Positions 63,999 through 64,000 of a DNA stretch of 64,000 nucleotides are shown here, piece by piece; the first letter of the stretch is position 1, and each line of letters starts with the position of its first letter. The position numbers and the translations under genes are program-made. The stretch is from Chitinophaga pinensis. Its GTDB lineage: Bacteria > Bacteroidota > Bacteroidia > NS11-12g > UBA955. The stretch covers positions 160,059 to 224,058 of the forward strand of contig CAMDAF010000001.1 in the NCBI GenBank assembly GCA_945888525.1. The letters run 5' to 3'. The notes under the pieces are model-generated. The model made no database searches. It had not been told where the DNA came from and saw nothing but the letters and a program-made list of their open reading frames with translations.

Positions 63999-64000
63999 AA

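Overview
Core-chromosome window of an AT-rich Bacteroidota bacterium. The assignment rests on recurrent TAnnTTTG -7 promoter boxes, no evident Shine-Dalgarno sites, and the rpsU-xerC-hpf-tRNA-tuf synteny. It runs from a 5'-truncated recN to a 5'-truncated dnaE. Housekeeping content: pyrG, kdsB, CCA-adding enzyme, rpsT, rpsU, xerC, hpf, five tRNAs, tuf-secE-nusG-rplKAJL-rpoBC, efp, speB, iscS, cmk, ddl, rnc-fabF-acpP, a cystathionine gamma-lyase/synthase and scoB. Accessory-type content lies mostly in 1.5-23 kb: a rhodanese/thioredoxin sulfur-transfer cluster, a cobalamin riboswitch with btuB-btuG-btuF, an MBOAT + SGNH-like O-acylation pair, and a FecA-like TonB receptor with two Fur-family-type palindromes. 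The receptor is followed by a tightly overlapping trio: a redoxin lipoprotein, a c-type heme + PHM/DBH-like copper monooxygenase lipoprotein, and a DUF3380-like muramidase. That trio is the best candidate for an uncharacterised system. I saw no CRISPR array, IS element, prophage or rRNA. All family assignments come from motif recognition by eye, not from database searches.
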